The translations under genes and the position numbers were made by a program. 64,000 nt of DNA from an uncultured delta proteobacterium. GTDB taxonomy: Bacteria; Myxococcota_A; UBA9160; SZUA-336. Positions 34,888-43,962 of the stretch are shown piece after piece. The stretch spans positions 1-64,000 of the forward strand of contig CAVPHD010000007.1 in NCBI GenBank assembly GCA_963704165.1, read 5' to 3'. How positions within the stretch are numbered: position 1 is the stretch's first letter; the number at the start of each line of letters is the position of its first letter. The notes beneath the pieces are model-generated. The model searched no databases and had not been told where the DNA came from. It saw only the letters and a program-made list of their open reading frames with translations.

Positions 34888-37536
34888 GTGGCCGAGGTGA
34901 AGCTCCGTGTGATCCCGGATCCGGCCCCACCCGACGAGGTCGTGCCGACCCCGAGCGCGGCCGCCAATCCCTACACGTCGATGACGCCGCGCTTCGGGCG
35001 CACCGCGTCGCTCTTCGGCCGGCAGTTCTTCGGGCACTTCGACTTCGAGCCTCACGACGCGGAGCGGCTCGCGGATCTCGATCGGCGCGGCGCCGTCGTC
35101 TACGTGATGCGATACAGCTCGCGCCTCGACTACTTCCTCTTCAACTGGCTCTTCCTGCTGCGCGGCATCCGCCTCTCCTCGTTCGCGAACGGGATCAAGT
35201 TCTTCTACTACCGCCCCTTCGGTGAGGCGCTGCGCTTGCTCGGACAGGGTATCGTCGAGCGCGTGCGCCGCGGCGCGAGCGGAATGCGCGAGCGCAGCAT
35301 CGTTCAGATCCGGCAGTGCGTGCGCGACGGCGGCTCGGTGTTCCTGTTTCTCCGAACCGACAAGATCCGCACGCGCGTGCGCGGAAAGCGCGGCGCTCTG
35401 CGCCAGGGTCGCACCGAACTCGACTACCTGCGCGAGGTCGTCGATACGGCCTTCGCGAGCCCGGTGCCCGTTTCGCTCGTGCCTCTCGCGCTGTTCTGGC
35501 GCAAGGGCGCGCGGCCGGAGCGGCCATTCCTGAACCTCTTCTACGGCGGGAACGAGCGTCCGACCGACGCGGGAAAGGTCGTCGCGTTCCTCTGGAACTA
35601 CCGAAACCTGGCGGTGCGGGTCGGCCAGCCGATCGATCTGCGGGCCTTCGTCGATTCGAACCGCGCCTCGGGCCGCGAGCGCGTGGTGAAGCAGGTTCGC
35701 CGGTCGCTTCTGATCTTCCTGCGTCGCGAGGAGAAGCCCGTCGTCGGTGCGCCGCTGCCGAGCTTTGCGCGCGTGCAGGAGGCCGTGCTCGAGGACGGCG
35801 AAGTCCAGCGCGTGGTCGCCGAGGTCGCGGCAGCGACGCACCGCTCCAAGTCGCGGATCGAGGCGCGCGCGCAGAAGAACCTCGCCGAAATCGCCGCCTC
35901 GCCGAGCCCGACCATGCTCGCGGTCCTCGCGGTGCTCGTCGAGCGCTTGTTCAAGAGACTCTTCGCGCGCATCGACGTGCACGGGCTCGAACCTGTCGTC
36001 GAGGCCGCGAAGCTGCATCCGCTCGTGCTCGTGCCGAGCCACCGCTCGCACTTCGACTACCTGATTCTGTCCTGGCTCTTCTACCAGAACCATCTGGTGC
36101 CGCCGCAGGTCGCCGCCGGGATCAACCTCTCGTTCTGGCCGCTCGGGCCGATCTTCCGTCGCGCGGGCGCGTTCTTCCTGCGCCGCACGTTCGACGGCGA
36201 TCCGCTGTACCGCGCGGTCTTCCGCGGCTACGTCCAGCACCTGATCAAGGCGGGCGTCACGCAGGAGTTCTTCATCGAGGGCACGCGCTCGCGCACCGGC
36301 AAGACGCTGCGTCCGCGGCTCGGCATGCTTCGCATGGTGCTCGAAGCCTACGCGCGTGGTGCGCGCCGCGACGTGTACCTGGTCCCGGTCGGATTCACCT
36401 ACGAGCGTCTGGTCGAGGAGAGCTCGATCACCGGCGAACGAGGGGGCGCGCGCAAGCAGCGCGAGTCGCTGTTCTCGCTGCTCCGCGCACACACCGTACT
36501 TCGCTATCGCTACGGCAGCGTGACCGTCCGTTTCGGTGAGCCGATCTCGCTCGCGCATCACCTCGGTGACTCGGTGCCGCGGCAGACGGGCCCGGGACGG
36601 ATCCCCGACCTGCGCGCGGTGACCTCGGAGTTCGGCGTCGAGATCTCGCGCTCGATCAACGGACTGATCACCGCCGGGCGCTCCTCCATTGCCGCGGCCG
36701 CGCTGCTCAGCCAGCCGGCGAACGCGATGCGCGAGGAGGAGTTCCGCGAACGGGTGGTCGAGGTCGCGCGAATCCTCGAGCTGCTCGACGTGCCGCTCTC
36801 GGAATCCCTGCAGCGCTGCCTGGCGAGCGGTCGGCCGGAGGCCGCGCTCGAGCTTCTCGAGCAAGCCGAGCGGGTGAAGCGTGTCGCCTCGCCACGCGGA
36901 GACCTGGTCCAGATCGAATCCGGCATGCGCGCCGCACTCGACCTCTACCGCGCGTCGATCGGTCATGCGCTCGTCTGGCCGGCGGTGCTCGCGCTTGCGA
37001 TGCACGCGAAGCGCGAACGCGAGGCCGTGTTCGCCGAGGCCTCGAGCTGGCTCGACGTATTCTCCGACGAGTACTTTCCGCTCGAGGGCGACGCGCGCAG
37101 AGACCGTCTCGAGCGGGTGCTCGCCCATCTGGTCGGCCGAGGCTGGGTCGAAGCGACCTCCGCGGGCGAGCTTTCGCCGACCGCGCCCGGCTCGCCCTGG
37201 CTCGCCTTCCTGCGCGGCCAGCTCCATCCGCTGATCGAGGCCTACGCGAGCGTCGCGCGCGTGGTCGCCGAGGCGATGGGCGAGGGCGAACGCGGCGCCT
37301 GGCTCGAACGCGTGCACGCCGTCCAGAAGGAAGCCCTGCTCGTCGGCGAATTCCGGCATCCCGAGGGCGATTGCCCGATCGCCGCCGCAAACGCACTCGA
37401 GCTCTTCGTGCGCGAAGGGATCCTGGTCGCGACCCCGAAGGGCGAGCGCGGCGAAGCGAACTACGCGGCCGGCCCCGCGTTCGGCGCGCTCGAGCCCCTC
37501 AGGGCTCGCCTGGCAGCCTCGACGACGCTCCGATAG
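34888..37536 (+). CDS. plsB: Glycerol-3-phosphate acyltransferase PlsB-like
   Basis: PSHRSHFDY (HxxxxD), [19 protein letters not shown]; start position approximate. Confidence 0.85.
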   Translation: MAEVKLRVIPDPAPPDEVVPTPSAAANPYTSMTPRFGRTASLFGRQFFGHFDFEPHDAERLADLDRRGAVVYVMRYSSRLDYFLFNWLFLLRGIRLSSFANGIKFFYYRPFGEALRLLGQGIVERVRRGASGMRERSIVQIRQCVRDGGSVFLFLRTDKIRTRVRGKRGALRQGRTELDYLREVVDTAFASPVPVSLVPLALFWRKGARPERPFLNLFYGGNERPTDAGKVVAFLWNYRNLAVRVGQPIDLRAFVDSNRASGRERVVKQVRRSLLIFLRREEKPVVGAPLPSFARVQEAVLEDGEVQRVVAEVAAATHRSKSRIEARAQKNLAEIAASPSPTMLAVLAVLVERLFKRLFARIDVHGLEPVVEAAKLHPLVLVPSHRSHFDYLILSWLFYQNHLVPPQVAAGINLSFWPLGPIFRRAGAFFLRRTFDGDPLYRAVFRGYVQHLIKAGVTQEFFIEGTRSRTGKTLRPRLGMLRMVLEAYARGARRDVYLVPVGFTYERLVEESSITGERGGARKQRESLFSLLRAHTVLRYRYGSVTVRFGEPISLAHHLGDSVPRQTGPGRIPDLRAVTSEFGVEISRSINGLITAGRSSIAAAALLSQPANAMREEEFRERVVEVARILELLDVPLSESLQRCLASGRPEAALELLEQAERVKRVASPRGDLVQIESGMRAALDLYRASIGHALVWPAVLALAMHAKREREAVFAEASSWLDVFSDEYFPLEGDARRDRLERVLAHLVGRGWVEATSAGELSPTAPGSPWLAFLRGQLHPLIEAYASVARVVAEAMGEGERGAWLERVHAVQKEALLVGEFRHPEGDCPIAAANALELFVREGILVATPKGERGEANYAAGPAFGALEPLRARLAASTTLR

Positions 37537-37547
37537 AGTCGCGCGCC

Positions 37548-38453
37548 ATGGCGTTGGGCGTGAAGAGATCGAAGGACGGCACGCGGGTGCTGCGGTTCGG
37601 ATTCCCGAAGGGATCGCTGCAGGACATGACGGCCGCGCTCTTCACGGGCGCGGGCTACCGCATGACGTTCCCGGAGCGCTCGCTGTATCCGACGATCGAC
37701 GATGCCGAGATCGAGTGCGTGTTGATCCGAGCCCAGGAGATCGGCCGCTACGTCGGCGAAGGTGTACTCGACGCCGGCATCACCGGATTCGACTGGATCC
37801 AGGAGAGCCGTTCACGCCTCCGAGAGATCGCCGACCTGCGCTACTCGAAGACGAGCTTCCGGCCCACGCGGTGGGTGCTCGCGGTGCCCGAGGACTCGCC
37901 GATCAAGACCGCGAAGGACCTCGCGGGGAAGCGCATCGCCACCGAGGCGGTCGATCTGGTCAAGAGCTGGCTCAAGAAGAACGACGTGAAGGCGCACGTC
38001 GAGTTCTCGTGGGGCGCGACCGAGGTCAAGCCGCCCCTTCTCGCCGATGCGATCGTCGATGTGACCGAGACGGGATCGTCGCTGCGCGCGAACAAACTCC
38101 GCATCGTCGAGACGTTGCTCGAGAGCACGCCTCGCCTGATCGCGAACAAGGACGCCTACAAGGATCCGTGGAAGCGGCGCAAGGTCGATCGGCTCGCGCT
38201 GATGCTGAACGGCGCGATGAACGCCCGGGGCAAGGTCGGCCTGATGTTGAATTGTCCGAAGGACCGACTGCAGAAGATCCTGACGCTCCTGCCCGCGCTC
38301 TCGTCGCCCACCGTATCTCCGCTCGCCGACGGTCGCATGATCGCGATCAACACGATCATCGACGAAGCCCTGGCGCGTGATCTGCTTCCCGACCTCGCCG
38401 ATGCCGGCGCGACAGGACTCGTCGAGTTCCCGATCTCGAAGCTGATCTACTGA
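37548..38453 (+). CDS. hisG: ATP phosphoribosyltransferase (long form)
   Basis: [39 protein letters not shown], plus C-terminal regulatory domain (SPTVSPL). Confidence 0.95.
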   Translation: MALGVKRSKDGTRVLRFGFPKGSLQDMTAALFTGAGYRMTFPERSLYPTIDDAEIECVLIRAQEIGRYVGEGVLDAGITGFDWIQESRSRLREIADLRYSKTSFRPTRWVLAVPEDSPIKTAKDLAGKRIATEAVDLVKSWLKKNDVKAHVEFSWGATEVKPPLLADAIVDVTETGSSLRANKLRIVETLLESTPRLIANKDAYKDPWKRRKVDRLALMLNGAMNARGKVGLMLNCPKDRLQKILTLLPALSSPTVSPLADGRMIAINTIIDEALARDLLPDLADAGATGLVEFPISKLIY

Positions 38454-38547
38454 TCGAGGATTTCGCGCTTCGCCGTGGATCGGATTCGATGTTGACGGCG
38501 GTGGATCCCCTCCCGGAGAATCGGATCGAAGGGACTGGAGGGCAGCG

Positions 38548-39506
38548 ATGCGTCGCCACTGGATCCTCGCGGGCTTCGCGCTCGCAGTCTCGGCTGCGCC
38601 GTTCGCCCACACCGAGCCGCCGTCCGGAAGCTATGCGATCGCCATTCCCGGCGACCCATCGATCGTCGTCCTCAACGAGATCGACGATTCGTCCTGCGAG
38701 ACCGCCGACGGCGTGACGATCTGTTTCAGCGGCGATCTGACCACCGACGGCTCCGGATCGATTCACGGGACCGGGATCCTGGGATTCTCCGGAGAGATCG
38801 ACGGAGAGCTCGCGGGGTCCTTCGCGGGCAGGCTCTCCGGCACGGCGGGCAACCCCAGACTGAGGCTCGCGATCGTGCTCGAGGGAGAGCTCTCGTCCGA
38901 AGGCGAGACGCTCGCGGTCGAGGCGACCAGCCGATCGAGGTGCGCCGTCGATCCGTTCGCCGGAGGATTCGCGTGCGCGGGCCCGATCAAGATGTGTGTC
39001 TTCGACGGCGGGCGACGGCTCGGCTGCGAATCCGAGAACGTCGAGTTCTACGTCGAGGACGACGGCGGCCCGTGGCAATTGACGCTCGACCTCGCGACCG
39101 ACGAGGCCGGCGTCGTCACCGGCACGGCCGACGTCGAGCTCTCGACCGGCCAGGTGCTCGGTCACGAGGTGACCGGCCGATACAGCTCAGTCACCGACAC
39201 CTCTTCACTACGCCTCGTCGGTGTTGGATCCGCGTCGGGCAGCAAGCTGCGGCTCGCGTCGCTCTCGCTCGCGGGCGAGGCCGCGACGGGGGGAAGCTCG
39301 ACTTCCAGATCGCCGGTCAGAAGGGCCGCATGTCCCTGCCGACGGCGGCGGTGTTCGCCGGCCACGGAACCTGTGTTCGCGGGGGCTTCTGCGATGCCGC
39401 CAGCGATACCGCGGGGCTCTTCATGTACATCGACGGCGAACCGTCGCTGCCGTCCGGCGATACCGTCTTCTTCCCGAATCTCGGCTCGGCGTCGCGAATC
39501 CGTTAG
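38548..39506 (+). CDS. Secreted beta-rich hypothetical protein, probable frameshift at the G-run near 39290
   Basis: GGAGG SD and signal peptide; coding-like sequence continues in another frame (GGKLDFQIAGQKGRM...SRIR*). Confidence 0.6.
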
Positions 39507-40003
39507 CGGGGCGTCATCTCCCGCAGGCCGCTCGCCTCCCACTCCTTCGAGAGCTGGGTGAGCTTCTTCGAGAACTCCGGGAAGTCGTCGTCGAAGGACA
39601 GGATGATCTCGGTCGTGCGCGGGATGTCGTCGCCCGAGAGAAGCCCGCGGTAGCGGTTCAGGTTGGCGAGGATCGCCTCGGCGACCTTGAGCGCGCGCTT
39701 CTCGGTCTTGATCAGCGGAGACTGCAGCGTGTAGACGTTGTTCCGGCCCCAGAGGCTTTCGTCGCGCACGATCGCGATCTCGCGGTAGATCCCGTGGATC
39801 GGGTCGAAGTTGTACTCGACGCGGACCTCTTTGAAGATGTCGGAGTTGCCGGTGTAGAAGCCGCGCTCCTTCTCCACCTTGCCGAGCTGTCGGCAGCGCG
39901 GGCAGTAGAACGTGTCGCCGTGGTTGAGCAGGAAGACGCCCTTCGCGTAGTCCTCGCACTCGGTGTTCTCGCAGTAGCCCACGCCACGTTTCATGCGCGC
40001 CAT
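39503..40003 (-). CDS. Hypothetical protein (166 aa) with N-terminal Cx4C...CxxC putative zinc ribbon
   Basis: GGGAGG SD; MARMKRGVGYCENTECEDYAKGVFLLNHGDTFYCPRCRQLG; strongly G/C-ending codons and globular composition. Confidence 0.85.
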   Translation of the reverse strand: MARMKRGVGYCENTECEDYAKGVFLLNHGDTFYCPRCRQLGKVEKERGFYTGNSDIFKEVRVEYNFDPIHGIYREIAIVRDESLWGRNNVYTLQSPLIKTEKRALKVAEAILANLNRYRGLLSGDDIPRTTEIILSFDDDFPEFSKKLTQLSKEWEASGLREMTPR

Positions 40004-40205
40004 CTGACTCGCCCTCCCGAGGCCCTCGGGCCCCGTCGTCTCAACGCTCTCTCTCGGGGCCAACGCCTGCGTCCAATCGGTCGCCTCCGCTTCCCGAACG
40101 GGCTTGGAAGCCGGCGACGCCGTGCGCCGCCACCATCCGAAGCTGAGAAGCCGAAGCCAGTTCAAAGCGATGCGTCCCCGCGTTTTCGATCTTCCGCCAG
40201 TCTCG

Positions 40206-40223
40206 TTCCAACTTCCGTGCCAG
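40206..40223 (-). promoter_or_regulatory. Sigma54-like -24/-12 promoter
   Basis: CTGGCACG-GAAG-TTGGAA versus consensus TGGCAC-N5-TTGC; correct spacing, one mismatch at -12. Confidence 0.55.
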
Positions 40224-40297
40224 GCCCGGCACCGAAGTCTCGGATCACCCGGTCCACTTGGACTTTGACGCTCGAAGCTGCATCCCCGCTGCACTCC

Positions 40298-40499
40298 AAA
40301 GAGCCCAGGGCCTGATTGCGTCCCCGATGTCCGTCCTGACCGTGAAGTGGAAGGCCGCTCCCCACGAGGTCTGGCGGCGATGACGGATCTGTCGCGAGCG
40401 GCACCGGAATCGGGTGCTGGACGGACACGAGAGAGGGAAGGGGGAGCTTCGCGCTTTTACGTCTTCAGGGTTGACGCGGAGGTTGCAGGGCCTGGACCC
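40298..40499 (-). ncRNA. Candidate ~200-nt rod-shaped small RNA of unknown family
   Basis: Nested long-range stems GGGUCCAGG/CCUGGGCUC, CCUG/CAGG, GCGUC/GACGC, CCUGA/UCGGG, UGUCCGUCC/GGACGGACA, GCCGCUC/GAGCGGC. G-U pairs favour the minus strand. Begins at the predicted TSS and ends in UUU. Confidence 0.6.
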
Positions 40500-40506
40500 A
40501 CGGCGA

Positions 40507-40535
40507 GTTATCTATAGGACGCAGGCGTTTGTCAA
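40507..40535 (-). promoter_or_regulatory. Sigma70-like promoter for the candidate sRNA
   Basis: TTGACA-17nt-GATAAC; predicted TSS ~40499-40500. Confidence 0.6.
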
Positions 40536-40645
40536 CTGGGCCGTCGCGTCCCGCGAATCCTCGCGCGCCGTGCGGCGCGCAGCCGCAGCGCGTACCCGAT
40601 GAGCACGAAAGCGGTGACCGCGTAGGCGGCGATCAGGTACGACAT
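40532..40645 (-). CDS. ccmD: CcmD-like small membrane protein (37 aa)
   Basis: MSYLIAAYAVTAFVLIGYALRL followed by a basic tail; TGATG-coupled to ccmC. Confidence 0.75.
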   Translation of the reverse strand: MSYLIAAYAVTAFVLIGYALRLRAARRARIRGTRRPS

Positions 40646-41391
40646 CAGGAGTCGCCTCGAGCACTCGCCTCGAGCTCGCGAGCCTCGAGTGCGGCCACTT
40701 CCATGCGGCGCGCGACCAGCCAGGCGAAGACGAGGTTGAAGGCGACGAGTCCCGCCCCCGCCGTCTGCCCCATTTCGACCGGCAGTCCTTCGCGTGCGGG
40801 ATTCGATGGGTGCATGGTGGCGCCCTGCGCGATGTCCACCGCGAAGTAGACGAACGGGATCGCCGCCGTTCCGATGATCCCGTAGACGGAGGTGAAGGTT
40901 TTCGCCGCGTCGCTCCCGAACGCGAGCCCGCGCAGGAACAGATAGGCGACATAGATGAACCAGAGGATGAGGGTCGAGGTCAGCCGGAGATCCCACACCC
41001 ACCAATGACCCCAGACCGGCTTCGCCCAGATCGGGCCGACGACCAGCATCAGCGAGCAGAACACCACGCCGACCTCTGCGCTCGAGAGCGCGAGCCGGTC
41101 CCAGCTCTCGCGCCGCGTTCTCAGGAAACCGGCCCCGCCGACCGCCGTGAGCACGAAGCCGAGGTAGCTCGGGATGATCGCGGGGATGTGGACGTAGAAG
41201 ATCTTCTGCACCACCCCCTGCACCTGCTCGATCGGGGCGTAGAACACCACCATCCAGAGCCAGAGCGCGAGCGTCACGAGCGATGCCGCTCCGACGGCGC
41301 GCGCGCTGCCGATGCGTGCCTCGACGTCGAGCGAGAGCCAGACGATCCAGGCCGACGCCAACACGATCGAGAGCGCAACGAGCGCCGTCAC
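40645..41391 (-). CDS. ccmC: Heme exporter/cytochrome c biogenesis protein CcmC
   Basis: QKIFYVHIP and the WWD motif GPIWAKPVWGHWWVWDLRLT. Confidence 0.92.
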   Translation of the reverse strand: MTALVALSIVLASAWIVWLSLDVEARIGSARAVGAASLVTLALWLWMVVFYAPIEQVQGVVQKIFYVHIPAIIPSYLGFVLTAVGGAGFLRTRRESWDRLALSSAEVGVVFCSLMLVVGPIWAKPVWGHWWVWDLRLTSTLILWFIYVAYLFLRGLAFGSDAAKTFTSVYGIIGTAAIPFVYFAVDIAQGATMHPSNPAREGLPVEMGQTAGAGLVAFNLVFAWLVARRMEVAALEARELEASARGDS

Positions 41392-41396
41392 CAATC

Positions 41397-42068
41397 TCAG
41401 TCCTCCAGCACGTAGTCGAAGACGAAGTAGCCGAGCAGAGCGAAGACCCAGTCGTAGAGCGCGAACACCGCCCACCAGAGCGGCGGAACCGCGCGTTCCG
41501 CGAGCGTCGCCGCCATGATGCTCGAGGCGAGCACGAGCACGGGCAGCACGAGCGGGAAGAGCAGCACGGGGAGCAGGAACTCCCGGAAGCGCACCGCGAC
41601 CGACATCGCAGAGAGCAGCGTGCCGAGCGCCGCGAGCCCGAGCACCCCGAGCAGGCCAGCGGCGAGCGAAGCCGGCCATGCGCGGCTCCAGTCCACGTCG
41701 AGAAAGATCGTGAAGAGCAGGCCCGTCCAGAGCAGGACACCGGTCAACGCGAACGCATTCGCACCGGCCTTGCCGAGAAAGACCCAACCGCGATCGACGG
41801 GGGCCTGCACGAGCAGCGCGAATGCCCCGCCTTCGGTCTCGGACTGGAACGAGCGCGCGAGTCCGAGCAACGACGTGAAGAGCATCACGACCCAGAGCAG
41901 GCCCGGCGACCACGCGAGCCGCTCGGCGGGTGACGCCGGCACGACGACGCTGAGCAGGGCGACGACGAGCAGCGCGAAGACCGCCATGTGACCGAGACGA
42001 TCGCGCGTCCGGAAGTCCAGGAGCAGATCCTTCGCCAGAACCGCCCGGGCGACGGAGCTCCCTCTCAC
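41397..42068 (-). CDS. ccmB: Heme exporter protein CcmB
   Basis: KDLLLDFR, GLLWV, RSFQSETEGG, FLGK, LLPVLLFPLVLPVL. Confidence 0.92.
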   Translation of the reverse strand: MRGSSVARAVLAKDLLLDFRTRDRLGHMAVFALLVVALLSVVVPASPAERLAWSPGLLWVVMLFTSLLGLARSFQSETEGGAFALLVQAPVDRGWVFLGKAGANAFALTGVLLWTGLLFTIFLDVDWSRAWPASLAAGLLGVLGLAALGTLLSAMSVAVRFREFLLPVLLFPLVLPVLVLASSIMAATLAERAVPPLWWAVFALYDWVFALLGYFVFDYVLED

Positions 42069-42715
42069 GCGCCGGCTCCGTCCTCGATGGCGCGCCCGCC
42101 CTCGAGGCGAAGCGTGCGGTCGAAGCGGGGCCGCGGGCCGCTCGCTTCGTGCGCGGCCACGATCACGATCGCGCCCGAGTCGCGCAGGCGCGCGAGCAGG
42201 AGCGTGAGCCGGTCGGCCGACTCGGAGTCGAGACCGTTCCAGGGCTCGTCGAGCAGGACGAGTTCGGGCGATCCGATCAGCGCGCGCGCCAGCCCCGCAC
42301 GCCTGCGGTAGCCCTGCGAGAGCGTTCGGACGCGGCGGTCGAGCATCGGCCCGAGCTCGAGCTCCGACGCAACACGGTGTAGATCCGCCTCGGGGTGGCC
42401 ACGCAGCTGCGCGCAGAAGCGCAGATTCTCCGCGACCGAGAGCTCGCCGTAGAGCGATGCGTCTTGCCCGAGAAAGCCGACGCGTCCGCGCACCGCCGCG
42501 CCGGCCGCCGAGAACGGATCGACACCGAAGAGCTCTACGCTCCCGCGTGTAGGTCGGGTGAGCGAGCCGAGTGTCCGCAGCAGCGTGCTCTTTCCGGCGC
42601 CGTTCGCACCGGAGAGCCAGACGAGCGTGCCGCGGCCGAAGGAAAGCGAGAGCCGGTCGAGCGCGCGCACGGGGCCGTAGTCCTTGCCCACGTCGCGGAG
42701 CTCGACTTCGCTCAA
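42065..42715 (-). CDS. ccmA: Heme ABC exporter ATP-binding protein CcmA
   Basis: GANGAGKST, LSQGYRRR, LLDEP; located upstream of ccmB. Confidence 0.9.
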   Translation of the reverse strand: MSEVELRDVGKDYGPVRALDRLSLSFGRGTLVWLSGANGAGKSTLLRTLGSLTRPTRGSVELFGVDPFSAAGAAVRGRVGFLGQDASLYGELSVAENLRFCAQLRGHPEADLHRVASELELGPMLDRRVRTLSQGYRRRAGLARALIGSPELVLLDEPWNGLDSESADRLTLLLARLRDSGAIVIVAAHEASGPRPRFDRTLRLEGGRAIEDGAGA

Positions 42716-43962
42716 AGCGCCTTCCCGCAGCTCGCGCAGAAACGATCCCCGGTGCCCGCCGCGCGACCGCAGGTGCACGCGCGCGGAGTCGGCTCGGTTT
42801 CGAGCGCCGATCCGGGCTCGTTGGGCAGTCGCTCGCGCACGAGCGCGACGAGCGCCTCGCGGCGCAGGTCCTCGCGCAGCCGGTTGCGGTCGTCGGGCGA
42901 GAGCTTTCCGGTCTCGAAATCGTGCTCGAGGTCGGCGAGCGCGGCTTCGAGCGCGAGCTTCGCCGGGCTCTCCGCGATGGCCTCGGCCGAAGCCGTTGCG
43001 TCCCGCCGACCCGCGAATGCGAGCGGTCCGGCGACGAAGAAGAGCAGCGCTCCCGCGAGCAGCGCCGCGAGCAGGGCCGTCGCCGCCTGCGGGATTTGTG
43101 GGGTGGGCGACAGGCTGGTCACGCGAAACGGCAGCACGCTGCCGGCTCGAAGCTCGAAGCCGAGAAACGACTGGTAGATCACGTCCTGCTCGCGCGTCGG
43201 GCGAGCCGGATGCAGCATCCCCGCGTCGACGTCGATGCCGAAGTCCTGCACGTAGATCGCGAGCTGATCGACGGCGTCCGGGATCGCGATCGTCGTCTCG
43301 AGGGAGGGTGAAGGCGTCTCGATGTCGTAGGCGAGTTGCAGCGAGAATCCCTCGTCCCCGGGCAGGATCGGGCCGCGGATTTCGGCGACACCGTCGCGGA
43401 TCACGACGCCCTCCGGAAGCCGGCCGAACATGCCTTCGACCTCGCCGTGCCCCGGAGCCAGCCCGACGCGCACGGCGGGCGCCGCATCGGGGCCGACGAT
43501 GACGACCCGGGAGTCCGGGTTCTCGACGACCGCGTTCTGCTGCACGCGCCAGACGCCCGCGCTGCGCGCGATCACCCACTGAAGCGTCTTCAGCTGGAGT
43601 CGGCTCGCGTCGTCGGTGGTGTCGTAGACGTGGAAGTCGATCGTCTGAGGGATCTCCGGCTCACCCGGTCGGAAGACGGCGCTCCCGCCCGGGAAGACCA
43701 CCTCGCCGTAACGCGCCCGCACCAGGTACGCGGCGGGAGCGGGGAGGTCTTCGAAGACGTATCTCCCGCTCGCATCGGAACGGGTCTCGCGCGTGATCGT
43801 CCGTTCCGTGTCGTCGATTCCGATCGCCTGCACGGTCAAGCCCGACGCGGCCCCGGGCTTCGAGGCGTGAACGATGCGGCCGGTGATCTCGGCGGCGCGC
43901 GCCGGGGCGACACCGAGGAGCGCCGCGCAGAGAAGGAGCCCGAGCGTGCGCGAAACGATCAA
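42712..43962 (-). CDS. Hypothetical exported protein inside the ccm operon: Ig-like N-terminus, TM helix, CcmI-like helix, zinc ribbon
   Basis: Signal peptide; TRSDASGRYVFEDL; TM helix; ALADLEHDFETGKLSPDD; CTCG...FCASCG; coupled to ccmF and ccmA. Confidence 0.75.
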   Translation of the reverse strand: MIVSRTLGLLLCAALLGVAPARAAEITGRIVHASKPGAASGLTVQAIGIDDTERTITRETRSDASGRYVFEDLPAPAAYLVRARYGEVVFPGGSAVFRPGEPEIPQTIDFHVYDTTDDASRLQLKTLQWVIARSAGVWRVQQNAVVENPDSRVVIVGPDAAPAVRVGLAPGHGEVEGMFGRLPEGVVIRDGVAEIRGPILPGDEGFSLQLAYDIETPSPSLETTIAIPDAVDQLAIYVQDFGIDVDAGMLHPARPTREQDVIYQSFLGFELRAGSVLPFRVTSLSPTPQIPQAATALLAALLAGALLFFVAGPLAFAGRRDATASAEAIAESPAKLALEAALADLEHDFETGKLSPDDRNRLREDLRREALVALVRERLPNEPGSALETEPTPRACTCGRAAGTGDRFCASCGKAL

